64,000 nt of DNA, taken from assembly GCA_918797485.1 (NCBI GenBank), contig CAKKNE010000001.1, positions 248,001 through 312,000 of the forward strand. The letters run 5' to 3'. Positions 50,324-60,255 of the stretch are shown here, one piece after another. The stretch is from Pelagomonas calceolata (Eukaryota). Position 1 is the first letter of the stretch. Each line of letters begins with the position of its first letter. The translations under genes and the position numbers were made by a program. The notes under the pieces were generated by a model that saw nothing but the letters and a program-made list of their open reading frames with translations, was not told the DNA's origin and made no database searches.

Positions 50324-51112
50324 TCACTCCTCCTCGAGCGCCCGGAACCGCGCCAGCAGCGAGTCCTCCGCGCCGCCCGGGAACGGCGACACGGCCTCGC
50401 CCCGCGACTTCGCCACCACAGCCCGCGCCACCAAGTAATCCAGGTCGTCGCACCTCACTCTAAGCGCCTCGACGTCGGCCTCGGCCCGCTTCAACCGTTG
50501 GGTAGCGTCGACGGCCTCGGCCTCGGCGACCGCGCACCGCTTGTCCAATGCTATCCGAGCCGTGAGGTATTTTCGAGCAGAATCATCATCACCGTCCTTC
50601 ACGGCCCGCTCCGCGGCCTGCTGCGCCGCGTCCCTGTCTCGTTTCAAAGTTGCGGCAAAGGCAGAGGCCGACTCTAATGCACTTTGGACATATCCTCTAG
50701 ACTCGTCGGCCTCGGCCAAGTCGCGACTAGCCTCGCCGACGTTCCGGATGACCTCGTCGTCGACGCCCAATGAGGCCAGCCGCTGCTCCATCTGTTTTTT
50801 GGCAGAAGCCGCTTGCCCGACGTTCGAGCCGACGCTCGCGCCCATCAGCATGCCCAGGGGCCCGAGTAAAAAGCTGCCGACGAGCGCGCCGGTGACAGCT
50901 CCTCCTAAGCCTTGATCTGCCTCTACGGGTGTGTTCGCGGCCCTTGCTAGGATCCGTTTGGCCTCGTCGAGCGTCCGCTGGCGCTCGGGGTTATTGTCCT
51001 TGGTTGCCCTCAGCACCTTGTGCACATTGTGGTGGGCTGTTCGTGGGAGGACGAAGCCTTCGACGATGATCGCTGTGGCCAGGAGCGCTGCGATAGCGTG
51101 GCGAAGGGCCAT
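50324..51112 (-). CDS. Plastid-targeted PspA/VIPP1(IM30)-like coiled-coil protein with glycine zipper
   Basis: Signal peptide + EG-FVLP; GGAVTGALVGSFLLGPLG; AERAVKDGDDDSARKYL and EDSLLARFRALE resemble PspA motifs. Confidence 0.55.
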   Translation of the reverse strand: MALRHAIAALLATAIIVEGFVLPRTAHHNVHKVLRATKDNNPERQRTLDEAKRILARAANTPVEADQGLGGAVTGALVGSFLLGPLGMLMGASVGSNVGQAASAKKQMEQRLASLGVDDEVIRNVGEASRDLAEADESRGYVQSALESASAFAATLKRDRDAAQQAAERAVKDGDDDSARKYLTARIALDKRCAVAEAEAVDATQRLKRAEADVEALRVRCDDLDYLVARAVVAKSRGEAVSPFPGGAEDSLLARFRALEEE

Positions 51113-51264
51113 TTTTGGCTTTGGACTAGTTGCTCTCCTCTTGGCTCAAATCTGGCGGAAGTTTCACACGCGCGTGGACTGCGGCGTGCCAGGGCTAGTC
51201 GATCGCTGTCGTGCGTGCGCGTACACGCTAACAGCCGTCTATCGATGCGATGGCAAAGCAATTG

Positions 51265-51286
51265 CTAGTGTCTTTATCGACGCTAG
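51265..51286 (+). promoter_or_regulatory. CTAG-box intergenic motif copy
   Basis: ctagtgtctttatcgacgctag; lies between divergent genes starting at 51112 and 51375. Confidence 0.55.
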
Positions 51287-51374
51287 CGCTTCGTGGTCGG
51301 AGTTTACGAGGCGCTAGCGGTGCCCCTGCGCGACCCTGCGAACAAAAAGAGGAGCTGTGACATCGCTGAGAACC

Positions 51375-51884
51375 ATGCGGACCGCGTGTGGCCTCCTCGG
51401 CCTGGCTTGGGCCACAGCAGCCTTCCACTGCCCGGCACGACGAATCACGGCCGCAGCGCGGCCAATCGCGCGGCGAGCGCCGGCCCACGCCGCCGCCGCG
51501 CCCGCGCGACCCACGACGGCGCTGCGCGCCGGTAGCGACGACGAGGAGAAGCGCCTCCCCTGGTTCTTCGACCCCGGGACGTACGGCGGCGTCATCGTCT
51601 TGACTATTTTCTTGATCGTAGCGCCATTGGCGTTAAAAAGCGCCCTCGAGGCCTCGGGCATGGACGGCAACCAGGTCGGCGTGGCCCTGTCCGGCGTCTT
51701 CGTCATCGGCGGGTCGTTACTGTGGGCCTTCTCGTACGTGTTCCGCGTCTTCTCCAAGGACATGACCTACTCGACGCAGCTCAAGCAGTACGAGGACGCG
51801 GTCATCCAGAAGCGCTTCGAGGAGCTCGAGGACGACGAGGTCGACGCGCTGCTCGGGGAGATCGAAAGGGAGAGCGCCTTGTAA
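51375..51884 (+). CDS. Plastid DUF3007-family membrane protein
   Basis: WAFSYVFRVFSKDMTYSTQLKQYEDAVIQKRFEEL; bipartite presequence ATAA-FH. Confidence 0.85.
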   Translation: MRTACGLLGLAWATAAFHCPARRITAAARPIARRAPAHAAAAPARPTTALRAGSDDEEKRLPWFFDPGTYGGVIVLTIFLIVAPLALKSALEASGMDGNQVGVALSGVFVIGGSLLWAFSYVFRVFSKDMTYSTQLKQYEDAVIQKRFEELEDDEVDALLGEIERESAL

Positions 51885-52016
51885 GTAGCTGAGTACTCTA
51901 TCACATGGTTACCAGGCTTCGACGGCGTGCGGATTCCAACAGCACGCCGTCGCCGTGGCGGCGCGGGAGCTACAGCAGCTCCAGGAGGGCGTCGAGCGCA
52001 GCGATCGGCGCGGGCG

Positions 52017-53069
52017 CTACAGCAGCTCCACGCGCGTGATCTCCACCCGCCGCAGGAGCTTGCCGGGGAAGATCTTCGACGCGCGGCCGTCGCCGAAGGC
52101 CTTCGCCGCGCCGCGGAAGGCGTCCTTCTGGGCGCGGTAGAGCGCGGCTGCCCCCGGCACGTCTGTCGAGGGGCCGACGGCGTCCAGGGAATATGCGTTG
52201 AGCGCGCCGACGGCGGTCACGAGGCCCGACGGATCGCGGACGACGCGGCCGAACGCCTGGTTCGTCGCGTCCAACGCCTTCGAACCGGCCACGGTCAGTC
52301 CGAACGCCTGAGGAGAATCGCCGCGCTGCCGCGTCAGTATGCCCGCAGCGTCGTGCGCCACCGCGGACGGCTCTTTTCGCAACTTTGCGGCGATGGCTTC
52401 GGCATTCCGCGAGAGGACCTCGCCGCCGTCGCGACTCCGCACCAGGATCTGCTCGCCGCCGATCGAGCGCGTCTCGACGCCCCGCAGGCGGCGCGCGGCG
52501 TAGATGACGGGCGCGTCGGCGGCGCGCTCGTCGAGGATGGCCGACGCGTACGTCGGCGCCTCCGCGGCGGCGGGATCGCCGAGCGCGAAGGCCAAGAAGG
52601 TAGCGACGGCCGCCGGCGCACGGCCGAAGAGCTCTACGTCGACGTCGCCGATCCGCGGCGGCTCGGGATCCTCCTCACCCTTCGCTCTCACGTAAAACGT
52701 GCCGTCCGGCCGCGCGATGCGCATCGAGAGGCGCACGGTCGTCGTGGCCGCCGCCGTCCCGTCGAGCGCGGCCTTCTGCGCCGCAAGGACTGCGGAGGTC
52801 TCGCGCGAGCTCTGCGTGCGCTGCGTCGACGGCGTCATCACGGCGGACGGCGCCTGGCCGAGCCGCTCGCTGCGCGCCGCCGCAAAGGTTTCGTCGGCGC
52901 TCTCCGTCGGGACGTCGAGGAGCCAGTCGGGCGCCGCGACGGCTGGCGGCGCCAAGGTTGCAGCTAGGGCGCCGCCCAATGCGCTGCGCCGGCCCACAGC
53001 TGCCTTTGGATAGGTCATAGCTTTGCTCAAAGGCATCGATGCGATCAGGATGGTGAGCTGTCGCATCAT
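52017..53069 (-). CDS. Thylakoid-lumen cyclophilin-type PPIase-like protein
   Basis: Signal peptide + RRSAL twin-arginine; VELFGRAPAAVATF, HDAAGIL, LDATNQAFGRVV. Confidence 0.7.
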   Translation of the reverse strand: MMRQLTILIASMPLSKAMTYPKAAVGRRSALGGALAATLAPPAVAAPDWLLDVPTESADETFAAARSERLGQAPSAVMTPSTQRTQSSRETSAVLAAQKAALDGTAAATTTVRLSMRIARPDGTFYVRAKGEEDPEPPRIGDVDVELFGRAPAAVATFLAFALGDPAAAEAPTYASAILDERAADAPVIYAARRLRGVETRSIGGEQILVRSRDGGEVLSRNAEAIAAKLRKEPSAVAHDAAGILTRQRGDSPQAFGLTVAGSKALDATNQAFGRVVRDPSGLVTAVGALNAYSLDAVGPSTDVPGAAALYRAQKDAFRGAAKAFGDGRASKIFPGKLLRRVEITRVELL

Positions 53070-53227
53070 GACTGCAAGTTGGTTGCGTCGCGTGTGCGGC
53101 ACGAGTGCGCACAAACTCTTCACGAGCGTATTCCCGAGCAGATAGTGTTCACCTGCCGTGGCCACGGCCAGCGATCACCGCCGTCAGCGCGCGCTAGGGC
53201 ACGTCAAAAACGCGCTCTCCTTGCTTG

Positions 53228-53249
53228 CTAGAGTCTTACATGCCGCTAG
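53228..53249 (+). promoter_or_regulatory. CTAG-box intergenic motif copy
   Basis: ctagagtcttacatgccgctag; lies between divergent genes starting at 53069 and 53437. Confidence 0.6.
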
Positions 53250-53436
53250 CTCGCAGCGGCGGCCGAGTAGGGCGTGTGGGACGGACGAGGGCGATAAGAC
53301 ACGTGGCGGCATCTCTGCAAGACGTCTCCTTGCGTATCGCGCTGCGGAAGCGACGTGTGCGCGCAGGGGAGGTCCCGAAACCGCCGGCGAGACAGAGCGC
53401 CCTCCCGAGACGCCAGGCGCCGCGGCGCGCTGAAAA

Positions 53437-55590
53437 ATGAGCCTCCTCGAAGTTGACGGCAACGCCATCGCATCACTAACATGTGAGCCCGCGTCCCTCG
53501 CCCTCCCGCCGGTGCTCCGCGTGAACGTGAGCGACGGCTACGAAAGAGATTCAGGAAGATGGGCGCGGCTGCGAGGACGGTGCTTTTTGGTACCAAGCGA
53601 CGCGGACGGCCGCGCGCGGCTCGAGGCGTATTGTGCTGATTTGGCCAAACCTAGACCTCCCAACCCGTACGGCAAAGCTGCCGTGCTGCAACGAAGCAAC
53701 GATGGAAGGCCGACGGCCGTCATCCCGCCCGCCGTCGCCCGGGACGGGCGCGCCGTCTGTTTGTTCGATGAAGATGGTTCATTGAGCGATGTGGCGGTGC
53801 GCGTCCTGGACGAGAGAGGTACTCCTACGGCGCAGTTCGCCCTCCGGGGGGCCTGTCCTTTGACCAATATTGAGGTCACGACCTATTCCAGAGATCATGC
53901 TTTTCTGTTGCGAGCGACGGCGGCGGACTGTTGCGTGGTGCCCTTACAAGCTTCATCTGAGGATGATGGCCAGCGAGCAAGACAGTTCGGGACCTGGTTA
54001 AGGCAGCGCAACAAGTTCGCGAACGCGGGACGAGGTGCTTGGTTAACGTCGGCGACCGACGGGAGTTTGGAGCTCGTCATTGACCGTAATGCGCTCACCG
54101 ATGTCGAGCCGCGCGGGCCGTCGTCGCCGGCGTTCCCGCCGCCGCCCGACGTCGTACCGCCACCACCACCGTCGATGGACAACGCCAATCAACGAGCCGC
54201 GGCGGACTTCTACAATTCTCTGAAACGAACAAGACAGCAAGGGGAAAGAGGCCAGACGCGAATCTATCACTTGAGACGCCTGAACAACTGGGTCAAGGCC
54301 GAGATCATTTCCCAAGCGTGTAAGGGCAAGGAGGCGCCAGCTATATTGGACTTAGCCTGCGGGAAGGGCGGCGACCTCGGAAAGTTCATCCGGGCCGCGC
54401 CCGGTAGATATGTGGGTGTTGACATCGCGAAGACGTCGCTGGAGGACGCCGTGGAACGGTTAGAATCTGACTCGAGACGGTGGGGCGCCGTGCCCGTGAC
54501 CCTTGTGGAATGCTCTCTGGGCGGCTCATCCATACTAGAAGCGGCACCGCGCCAGGTCTACGCCGACAGTACGTGGTCCACGGCACCCTACGCCGTACCT
54601 CCATCTTTATTTGATGTGGCGTCGATGCAGTTCGCCTTACACTACATGTTCGAGAGCGAACAAAGAGCATCAAGATTGTTTAGTGATGTTTTTGGCGCCC
54701 TCAAACCGGGCGGTTCGTTAGTCGCGACGACGGTGAACTGCACGGCGCTGTGTGCGCGTATTCTATCGACGGCGAATCCTGCCTCGTCGGATATGACGCC
54801 GCCTTCCACGGACATAGCAGAATGGTATGTTGCCGTTGTTGATCATGAGCCCCCTATGGATGAAAAGGGTTTAACTCTATTAAAGGACGCCCTCAAACGT
54901 CGAAGGCGGGTCCTGGAGGTGTGGTTAAGTAAAGAGACATATCTACAATTATGTGGGTTGGAACCGGGTGCTGAAACACCAAGATGTGGGTTAAGATATT
55001 GGTTCCGGCTGCTGGATGGGGACGGCTCGACGGCGGTCGACGCTCCCGAATGGTTGGCACCTAGAGAGGTCATCGACGACCTCGCCCAGAAAGCGGGCTT
55101 ACGAGTCGACGGCTACACACCGTTCGCGGAGTTCGTCGAAGCACGGGCCCAGACGCCGGAGGGTCGCGCATCCCTCGAGCGCATGGGCGTGCCCGACACG
55201 TCCGGATCGTTGTCCCAGGCGGAGTGGGACGTCGCCAGTCTCTACGTCGTGTTGCGACTGACGAAGCCCATTATAGCAGGCCCGGACCCCATGGCCCTGG
55301 CCTTCGGCAAGGTCAAGAAGGCCTGGGGGTCAAGATGGGACGGCTTGAAGGGCGCCGAGAAGATCTCGTTGGTGCAGCGGTGCGCTTCGGGCCAGAGCGG
55401 GTGGGAACCGCCTCCCCAATCCCTCGCGGTCGACGCGGACTTCGGCGACGACGATGACGAGGCGCCGCTCGCCGTGGACAACGATTTCGGCGATGATGAT
55501 GATGAGGACATGCTCGGGCCGGCGTCTCCCTCGTATCCGCCGCCGCCGCTGCGGCCGCGGGCGTCGTCGTCGCCGATCATGACGGGGTGA
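53437..55590 (+). CDS. RNMT: mRNA cap guanine-N7 methyltransferase with long N-terminal extension
   Basis: IYHLRRLNNWVK, ILDLACGKGGDLGKF, FDVASMQFALHYMFESE, LKPGG, AVDAPEWL. Confidence 0.92.
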   Translation: MSLLEVDGNAIASLTCEPASLALPPVLRVNVSDGYERDSGRWARLRGRCFLVPSDADGRARLEAYCADLAKPRPPNPYGKAAVLQRSNDGRPTAVIPPAVARDGRAVCLFDEDGSLSDVAVRVLDERGTPTAQFALRGACPLTNIEVTTYSRDHAFLLRATAADCCVVPLQASSEDDGQRARQFGTWLRQRNKFANAGRGAWLTSATDGSLELVIDRNALTDVEPRGPSSPAFPPPPDVVPPPPPSMDNANQRAAADFYNSLKRTRQQGERGQTRIYHLRRLNNWVKAEIISQACKGKEAPAILDLACGKGGDLGKFIRAAPGRYVGVDIAKTSLEDAVERLESDSRRWGAVPVTLVECSLGGSSILEAAPRQVYADSTWSTAPYAVPPSLFDVASMQFALHYMFESEQRASRLFSDVFGALKPGGSLVATTVNCTALCARILSTANPASSDMTPPSTDIAEWYVAVVDHEPPMDEKGLTLLKDALKRRRRVLEVWLSKETYLQLCGLEPGAETPRCGLRYWFRLLDGDGSTAVDAPEWLAPREVIDDLAQKAGLRVDGYTPFAEFVEARAQTPEGRASLERMGVPDTSGSLSQAEWDVASLYVVLRLTKPIIAGPDPMALAFGKVKKAWGSRWDGLKGAEKISLVQRCASGQSGWEPPPQSLAVDADFGDDDDEAPLAVDNDFGDDDDEDMLGPASPSYPPPPLRPRASSSPIMTG

Positions 55591-55665
55591 GTGAGTGTAA
55601 AATTAGGGAATAGCATGGCAGGTATCCTCCAAAACCCGGGTTGATGGCCCAGAGCGTGGAAATCC

Positions 55666-55685
55666 CTAGCGGCGTAAGACACTAG
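55666..55685 (-). promoter_or_regulatory. CTAG-box intergenic motif copy
   Basis: Reverse complement is ctagtgtcttacgccgctag. Confidence 0.55.
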
Positions 55686-55943
55686 CAAAGCTGCACTGTT
55701 TTTCATCCGGCCAGGCCCGTGAAGGAGCGACATCTATAACGGTTTGAATATTCCTGCTGTTTCCTGCTAGTTGTAAGAGATTCCCCACACGCCGGGAAGC
55801 CCTAGCGGAGAGGAATGAGAGGGTTGATTGGCGGCGTTTTGGCACTCGCGCTCTGGGGCGCCCTGGCCGGCGCGCCGGCCGGCGGAACTCGCCTGCGTGG
55901 CCGGGCGCCGCTGGCCGGGTCGCGGCGGCTCCTCTACCACGGT

Positions 55944-56511
55944 GATGACTACGGCTACGTCGACGACGGCTACTAAGGCGAACGCCGGCTTCTTCGTTCC
56001 GTCCGACGGCGCGTCAAGGCCCCAGCAGTGCCCGGCGGGGAAATTCTTGGGCACGTCCGGCGCTCGCGAGTGCGAAGACTGCTCAAAAGGCACGTACGCC
56101 AACTCACCGGGCCAGACGAGCTGCAGGCCTGCCTCCGCGGGACATTTCGTCGGGAAGTCCGGCGCGACGACGCAGAAGAAATGTGACGCGGGCGCTTACT
56201 CGAGTGGCGCGGGCAACGACGCCTGCGAGCCCTGCGAGCCGGGAAAGTTCTCCTCTAAAACGGCGACGGCTGATTGTAGCCTCGCGGCGAGAGGCCACTT
56301 CGTCGCCGGCGAGGGCGCCACGGCCACTGCGGCCGCGACTACCGCGACCAGGTCCTCTGCGGCGTCTACCTGGCCAAGCCCTGAGCGGGCGGTCATCACA
56401 CCGACGGCCGGGAGCGGTCGTCGACATACATTCCTTCCCCTACCCTTTGTCCTGGACGTTCGGTCCCTTGCTGCCCCATATAGGACTTCCTCGGCGTCGT
56501 CGCGACGCTAG
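55944..56511 (+). pseudogene. Fragment of a Cys-rich (ephrin-receptor-like/GCC2-GCC3) repeat protein
   Basis: CPAGKF, CSKGTY, CDAGAY and CEPGKF repeats; no convincing signal peptide or TM. Confidence 0.5.
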
Positions 56512-56566
56512 GCGCTCTCACCGCCTAAGAATGTCGAGGAACACGCTCTGTCACACAAAAACAAGT

Positions 56567-57382
56567 TTACCGTGTCCGTCTCCCCTTCTCCGCGTTTAGA
56601 ATCGCCGGGCTGACGGCACGCGGGTCTGCCCCGGGAATCGTGTACCAGCCCGTGATCGCGAGTCTGGGTAGGCTCTCCCGTGGCGCGTCGACGGCCGTCA
56701 CGCGGTGCGGCAGCGGGTGCGCGCCACTTCCGACGCGGAAGGCCGCGAGGCTGTTGAACTTCGGAGATACGGCGTGGCCCATGACGTGGCCCTCGGCAAA
56801 CTCCAAGTCACCCCCCCTAAATGCATTGTCGTCAGGAGTCAGGTTCAGGACGAAGGCCACGTGCCCCAATCCAACATCGGTATGGATGCCGAGCCAGCCG
56901 CCGCTCTGGAACGCGGACGCGAACCAGTCGGTCAGGTTCGCGACGGGCCCGCCGATCGCGTCTTCGAGCCGTGGCCGTATCAGCGCGTCCACAGTTTTTT
57001 CGAGGAGTGCGTGGGCGGTGGAAGCCCGGTCCAGCTCGTGCTTCGAGTAAATAAAACCGCCTCGTTTATCTCTGCAGTATACAGCGGCGGCTTGCGCCGG
57101 CGCGGAGTCCTTTGTACTCATGCGCATCTTCTTGTTGCCGCACTCGCACGCGTTGCCGCTTCGTCGGCAGTTCGTGGCGTAGAGGAAGCTGTTTTGCTGC
57201 CACGCCCGTTGTAATAAAGAGCCGAGGCGCGCCGCGGCGGCGTGGGGCAGGGCTGGCCTTATGGAATGGACGCAGCCGCCCGCTAAGCGCCGATGGTTGC
57301 GGGCGCTGCACCACGTCGCGTTGGTTGCTGTCGCGGTGCGGGCACAGAGGACGAGCGCGGCGACGGCGCGTCCGCCGGCCAT
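56567..57382 (-). CDS. Secreted 2OG-Fe(II) dioxygenase (prolyl-hydroxylase-like)
   Basis: HTD, GGDLEF, PKFNSL, PHRVTAV, RLAITGWY; N-terminal signal peptide. Confidence 0.82.
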   Translation of the reverse strand: MAGGRAVAALVLCARTATATNATWCSARNHRRLAGGCVHSIRPALPHAAAARLGSLLQRAWQQNSFLYATNCRRSGNACECGNKKMRMSTKDSAPAQAAAVYCRDKRGGFIYSKHELDRASTAHALLEKTVDALIRPRLEDAIGGPVANLTDWFASAFQSGGWLGIHTDVGLGHVAFVLNLTPDDNAFRGGDLEFAEGHVMGHAVSPKFNSLAAFRVGSGAHPLPHRVTAVDAPRESLPRLAITGWYTIPGADPRAVSPAILNAEKGRRTR

Positions 57383-57717
57383 TGTTTGTGATTGGCCTGA
57401 CCAATGGGGTCACCGACAGAGGGGCAGCGGGGCAGCCTGCACGCGTGCCTGGCGACGTCCCGCCGGCCCTCCGAGCCCCCCGTTGACCGCTGTGGGCGGC
57501 GCTGCTCCGATTTTCCTATCCTGGCAGTGCTAGCGTCTTCGCATGCTAGCTTTTCTGCCTGGGCGCGCGGGCTGTGGAAATCAGGCTAGTTGAGCCCATC
57601 TGTGCCGCGCTATCGCATTTGTGCGTCGCCACAGAACGCTGAGCCGCTGCGCCGTTGCTAGATCACACCGCATCCGCCGCGCCAACTACACCCCTACGCC
57701 GCCGCCGCAACACAAAG

Positions 57718-58740
57718 ATGTCCTGGTGCACGATAGAAAGCGACCCGGGAGTCTTTACCGAATTAGTAGAAAAGTTCGGCGCGTCCGGCTGCGAGTTCGC
57801 CGAATTATACAGTCTGGACGACGCGGAACTCGCACAACTCCAACCGGTCTTCGGGCTCATTTTTCTCTTCAAGTGGACGGGCGAGAAGGACGACCGGCCC
57901 TGTTGTGATGAGGTGCCCGGGCTCTTCTTCGCGAAGCAGGTCGTGTCGAACGCGTGTGCCACGCAAGCGATTCTCGGGTGTCTGCTGAACAGGGCCGACG
58001 CGGAGGGCTTGACCCTGGGCCCGGCGCTGGAGGAGTTGAAGACCTTCGCCGCCGACTTACCGTTTGATATGAGAGGGTTAGCTATAGAAAATGCGGAAAA
58101 AATACGAACCGCGCACAACGCGTTCGCGAGGCCCGAGCCGTTCGTGTCCGATGATCGCAAGGCGACGAAGGACGACGACGTGTTCCACTTCATCACCTAC
58201 GTGCCGTTCGGCGGTCGCGTTTATGAATTGGATGGGCTGCGGCCGGGGCCTTGTGATTTAGGTGAGTCTGGTAGCGATTGGCTGGGCGTGGCGCGTTCCG
58301 CAATTCAAGCGAGGATCGAAAAGTATTCAGCTTCAGAGATCAAGTTCAATCTGATGGCCATCATCCGGGATAAGAGAGCCGTGTTGCAGGAAAAACGCGC
58401 TTTGTTGGAGGCCGCGGGCGACGCTGGTTCTGTGGCCGAGTGCGACGCTGATCTAGCTAGAGAGGTGGCCAAGCGGGAGATGTGGAGTGCGGAGAACGTC
58501 CGGCGCCACCACAACTACGTGCCTTTGGTGGTGGACCTGTTCAAGGTCTTAGCGGAGAAGGGGAAGCTCGCGGAGATGGTATCTGGGGCGCGGGAGAAGG
58601 CCGCGTCCGCGAAGGCAATGTTTTTTCTTCTTTCGTTGTGTCGTGGCGCGTCGTCGTCGATGGCGCAAGCTTCGTCGATGGCGTACGGGCGACCCGAGGC
58701 GCGGTCACGCGCGGTGCGCCTGGCTCTGCCTCGCCTGTGA
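57718..58740 (+). CDS. UCHL5: Ubiquitin carboxyl-terminal hydrolase UCH37/UCH-L5
   Basis: WCTIESDPGVFT, GLIFLFKW, QVVSNACATQA, FHFITY, YELDGL, ENVRRHHNY; true stop may lie near 58620. Confidence 0.95.
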   Translation: MSWCTIESDPGVFTELVEKFGASGCEFAELYSLDDAELAQLQPVFGLIFLFKWTGEKDDRPCCDEVPGLFFAKQVVSNACATQAILGCLLNRADAEGLTLGPALEELKTFAADLPFDMRGLAIENAEKIRTAHNAFARPEPFVSDDRKATKDDDVFHFITYVPFGGRVYELDGLRPGPCDLGESGSDWLGVARSAIQARIEKYSASEIKFNLMAIIRDKRAVLQEKRALLEAAGDAGSVAECDADLAREVAKREMWSAENVRRHHNYVPLVVDLFKVLAEKGKLAEMVSGAREKAASAKAMFFLLSLCRGASSSMAQASSMAYGRPEARSRAVRLALPRL

Positions 58741-58900
58741 CCTGTGTTTTCTGTCTGAACTACGTAGTTTCCCACCGAGAAGGCGCTGATTTGAGACGTC
58801 TGCATTCGGGAGGTAGGGTCAAAGCTACTAGCCCAAAAAGACGCCGCGCATCAGAGCTTGATTAATCCTGGTACACTGCCGCTAGAACCTCAGCGCTCAA

Positions 58901-60103
58901 ATGAAGCTCGTCATCGCGCTCCTCCTATCGGCACCTGCCTCTGCTATCGTTGGCGGCACCGCGCAGCGTCCCGACACCACGCGAACAAAACACCTGACCA
59001 CACGAAGATGAGTGCGCGCGCACACCCCATCAAACGCGCCACGCTGTACGCCGACGCCGCGCCCCCTCGCAGAGGTCTGGGAGAAGCACGAGGTCGAGGC
59101 CGCCGGCTTCGTCTGGCGCGGCAACGCCACGGCCAAGTCGAGCCACGACTTGTTGCACAAGAAGATCAAAGACGATGATTTGCCGGACGCGTTCACGTGG
59201 GGCAATGTCGACGGCGTCAATTATTTGACGATGTCGCGGAACCAGCACATCCCCCAGTACTGTGGAAGTTGCTGGGCCCACGGCTCCGTGTCGGCTTTGG
59301 CCGATCGGGTCAAGATCGCTAGAAAAGCTAAGGGTGTGGACCTCAACCCGTCGGTGCAGCACATCCTGAATTGTGGGGGAGGCGGCTCCTGCCACGGTGG
59401 AAGTGTCGACGGCCCCTACCAGTGGCTCCACAAGCTCTCCAAGGAGGGCAAAGGTATTAGTCTGGAGACGTCCAATCCCTACCTAGCTTGTTCGTCGGAA
59501 AGCAAGGACGGCATCTGCAAGGGCCAGGACTGGTCTTGTAGCGACATCAACGTCGCGCGGACTTGTTCTACCTTTCCGTCGGCGGGCGGCTTCTGCGCGG
59601 CAATTGCTGATTACCCGCAGATCACGATCGACGACTACGGTTCTATTTCTGGTCAAAAAGCGATGCAGAAGGAGATCTACGCGCGCGGGCCCATTTCGTG
59701 CGGCATCGACGCGTCGGCCATCCTCGAGTACCAGAGCGGCATTGCCGTGCACAAAGGGCTCCTGGAGACGGTCGACCACGTCATCTCCGTCGTGGGCTGG
59801 GGCAAGGAGAACGACCAGCAGTACTGGATCGTGCGGAACTCCTGGGGCGAGTACTGGGGCGAGATGGGCTACATCCGCGTCGCGTTTGGGAGCTTGAAGG
59901 TCGAGCAGCAGTGCGCGTGGGCCACCGTCAAGGACTACACGGCGCCCGAGAAGAAGAACCAGGTCCACTGCTTCGAGGACGGCGGCAACTGCAAGGTCAA
60001 GAAGGACAAGCCCGTCCCGGAGCTGCTCGAGAAGGTCGTCGGCGTCGTCGAGCCGGCGCTGCTCAAGGCGGCGAAGAAGCTCCGCGGCGGCGTCGTCGCG
60101 TGA
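58901..60103 (+). CDS. Cathepsin Z/X-like papain-family cysteine protease
   Basis: RNQHIPQYCGSCWAHG, DHVISVVGWG, YWIVRNSWG. The signal peptide MKLVIALLL at 58901 is in another frame (indel). Confidence 0.93.
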
Positions 60104-60255
60104 GGCGGCGCCGTGTGACTGTGTGATTCCCCCCATCCCTTGCCGTGTTCATAAGAGATTAGAACGAGTTTCTGCTTGCTGTCGCGGCGATGGCGTGGGG
60201 ACTTGTGTTTATGCACGCGGCCTTGCTGCCATCAGCGGCCGCGCCGATCAGGTCC

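Noticed and set aside
47185..57382. GT60 GlcNAc-transferase plus prolyl-hydroxylase-like gene as a Skp1 oxygen-sensing pathway cluster
   Set aside because: They are about 8 kb apart with unrelated genes between, and both appear secretory, unlike the cytosolic Skp1 enzymes.
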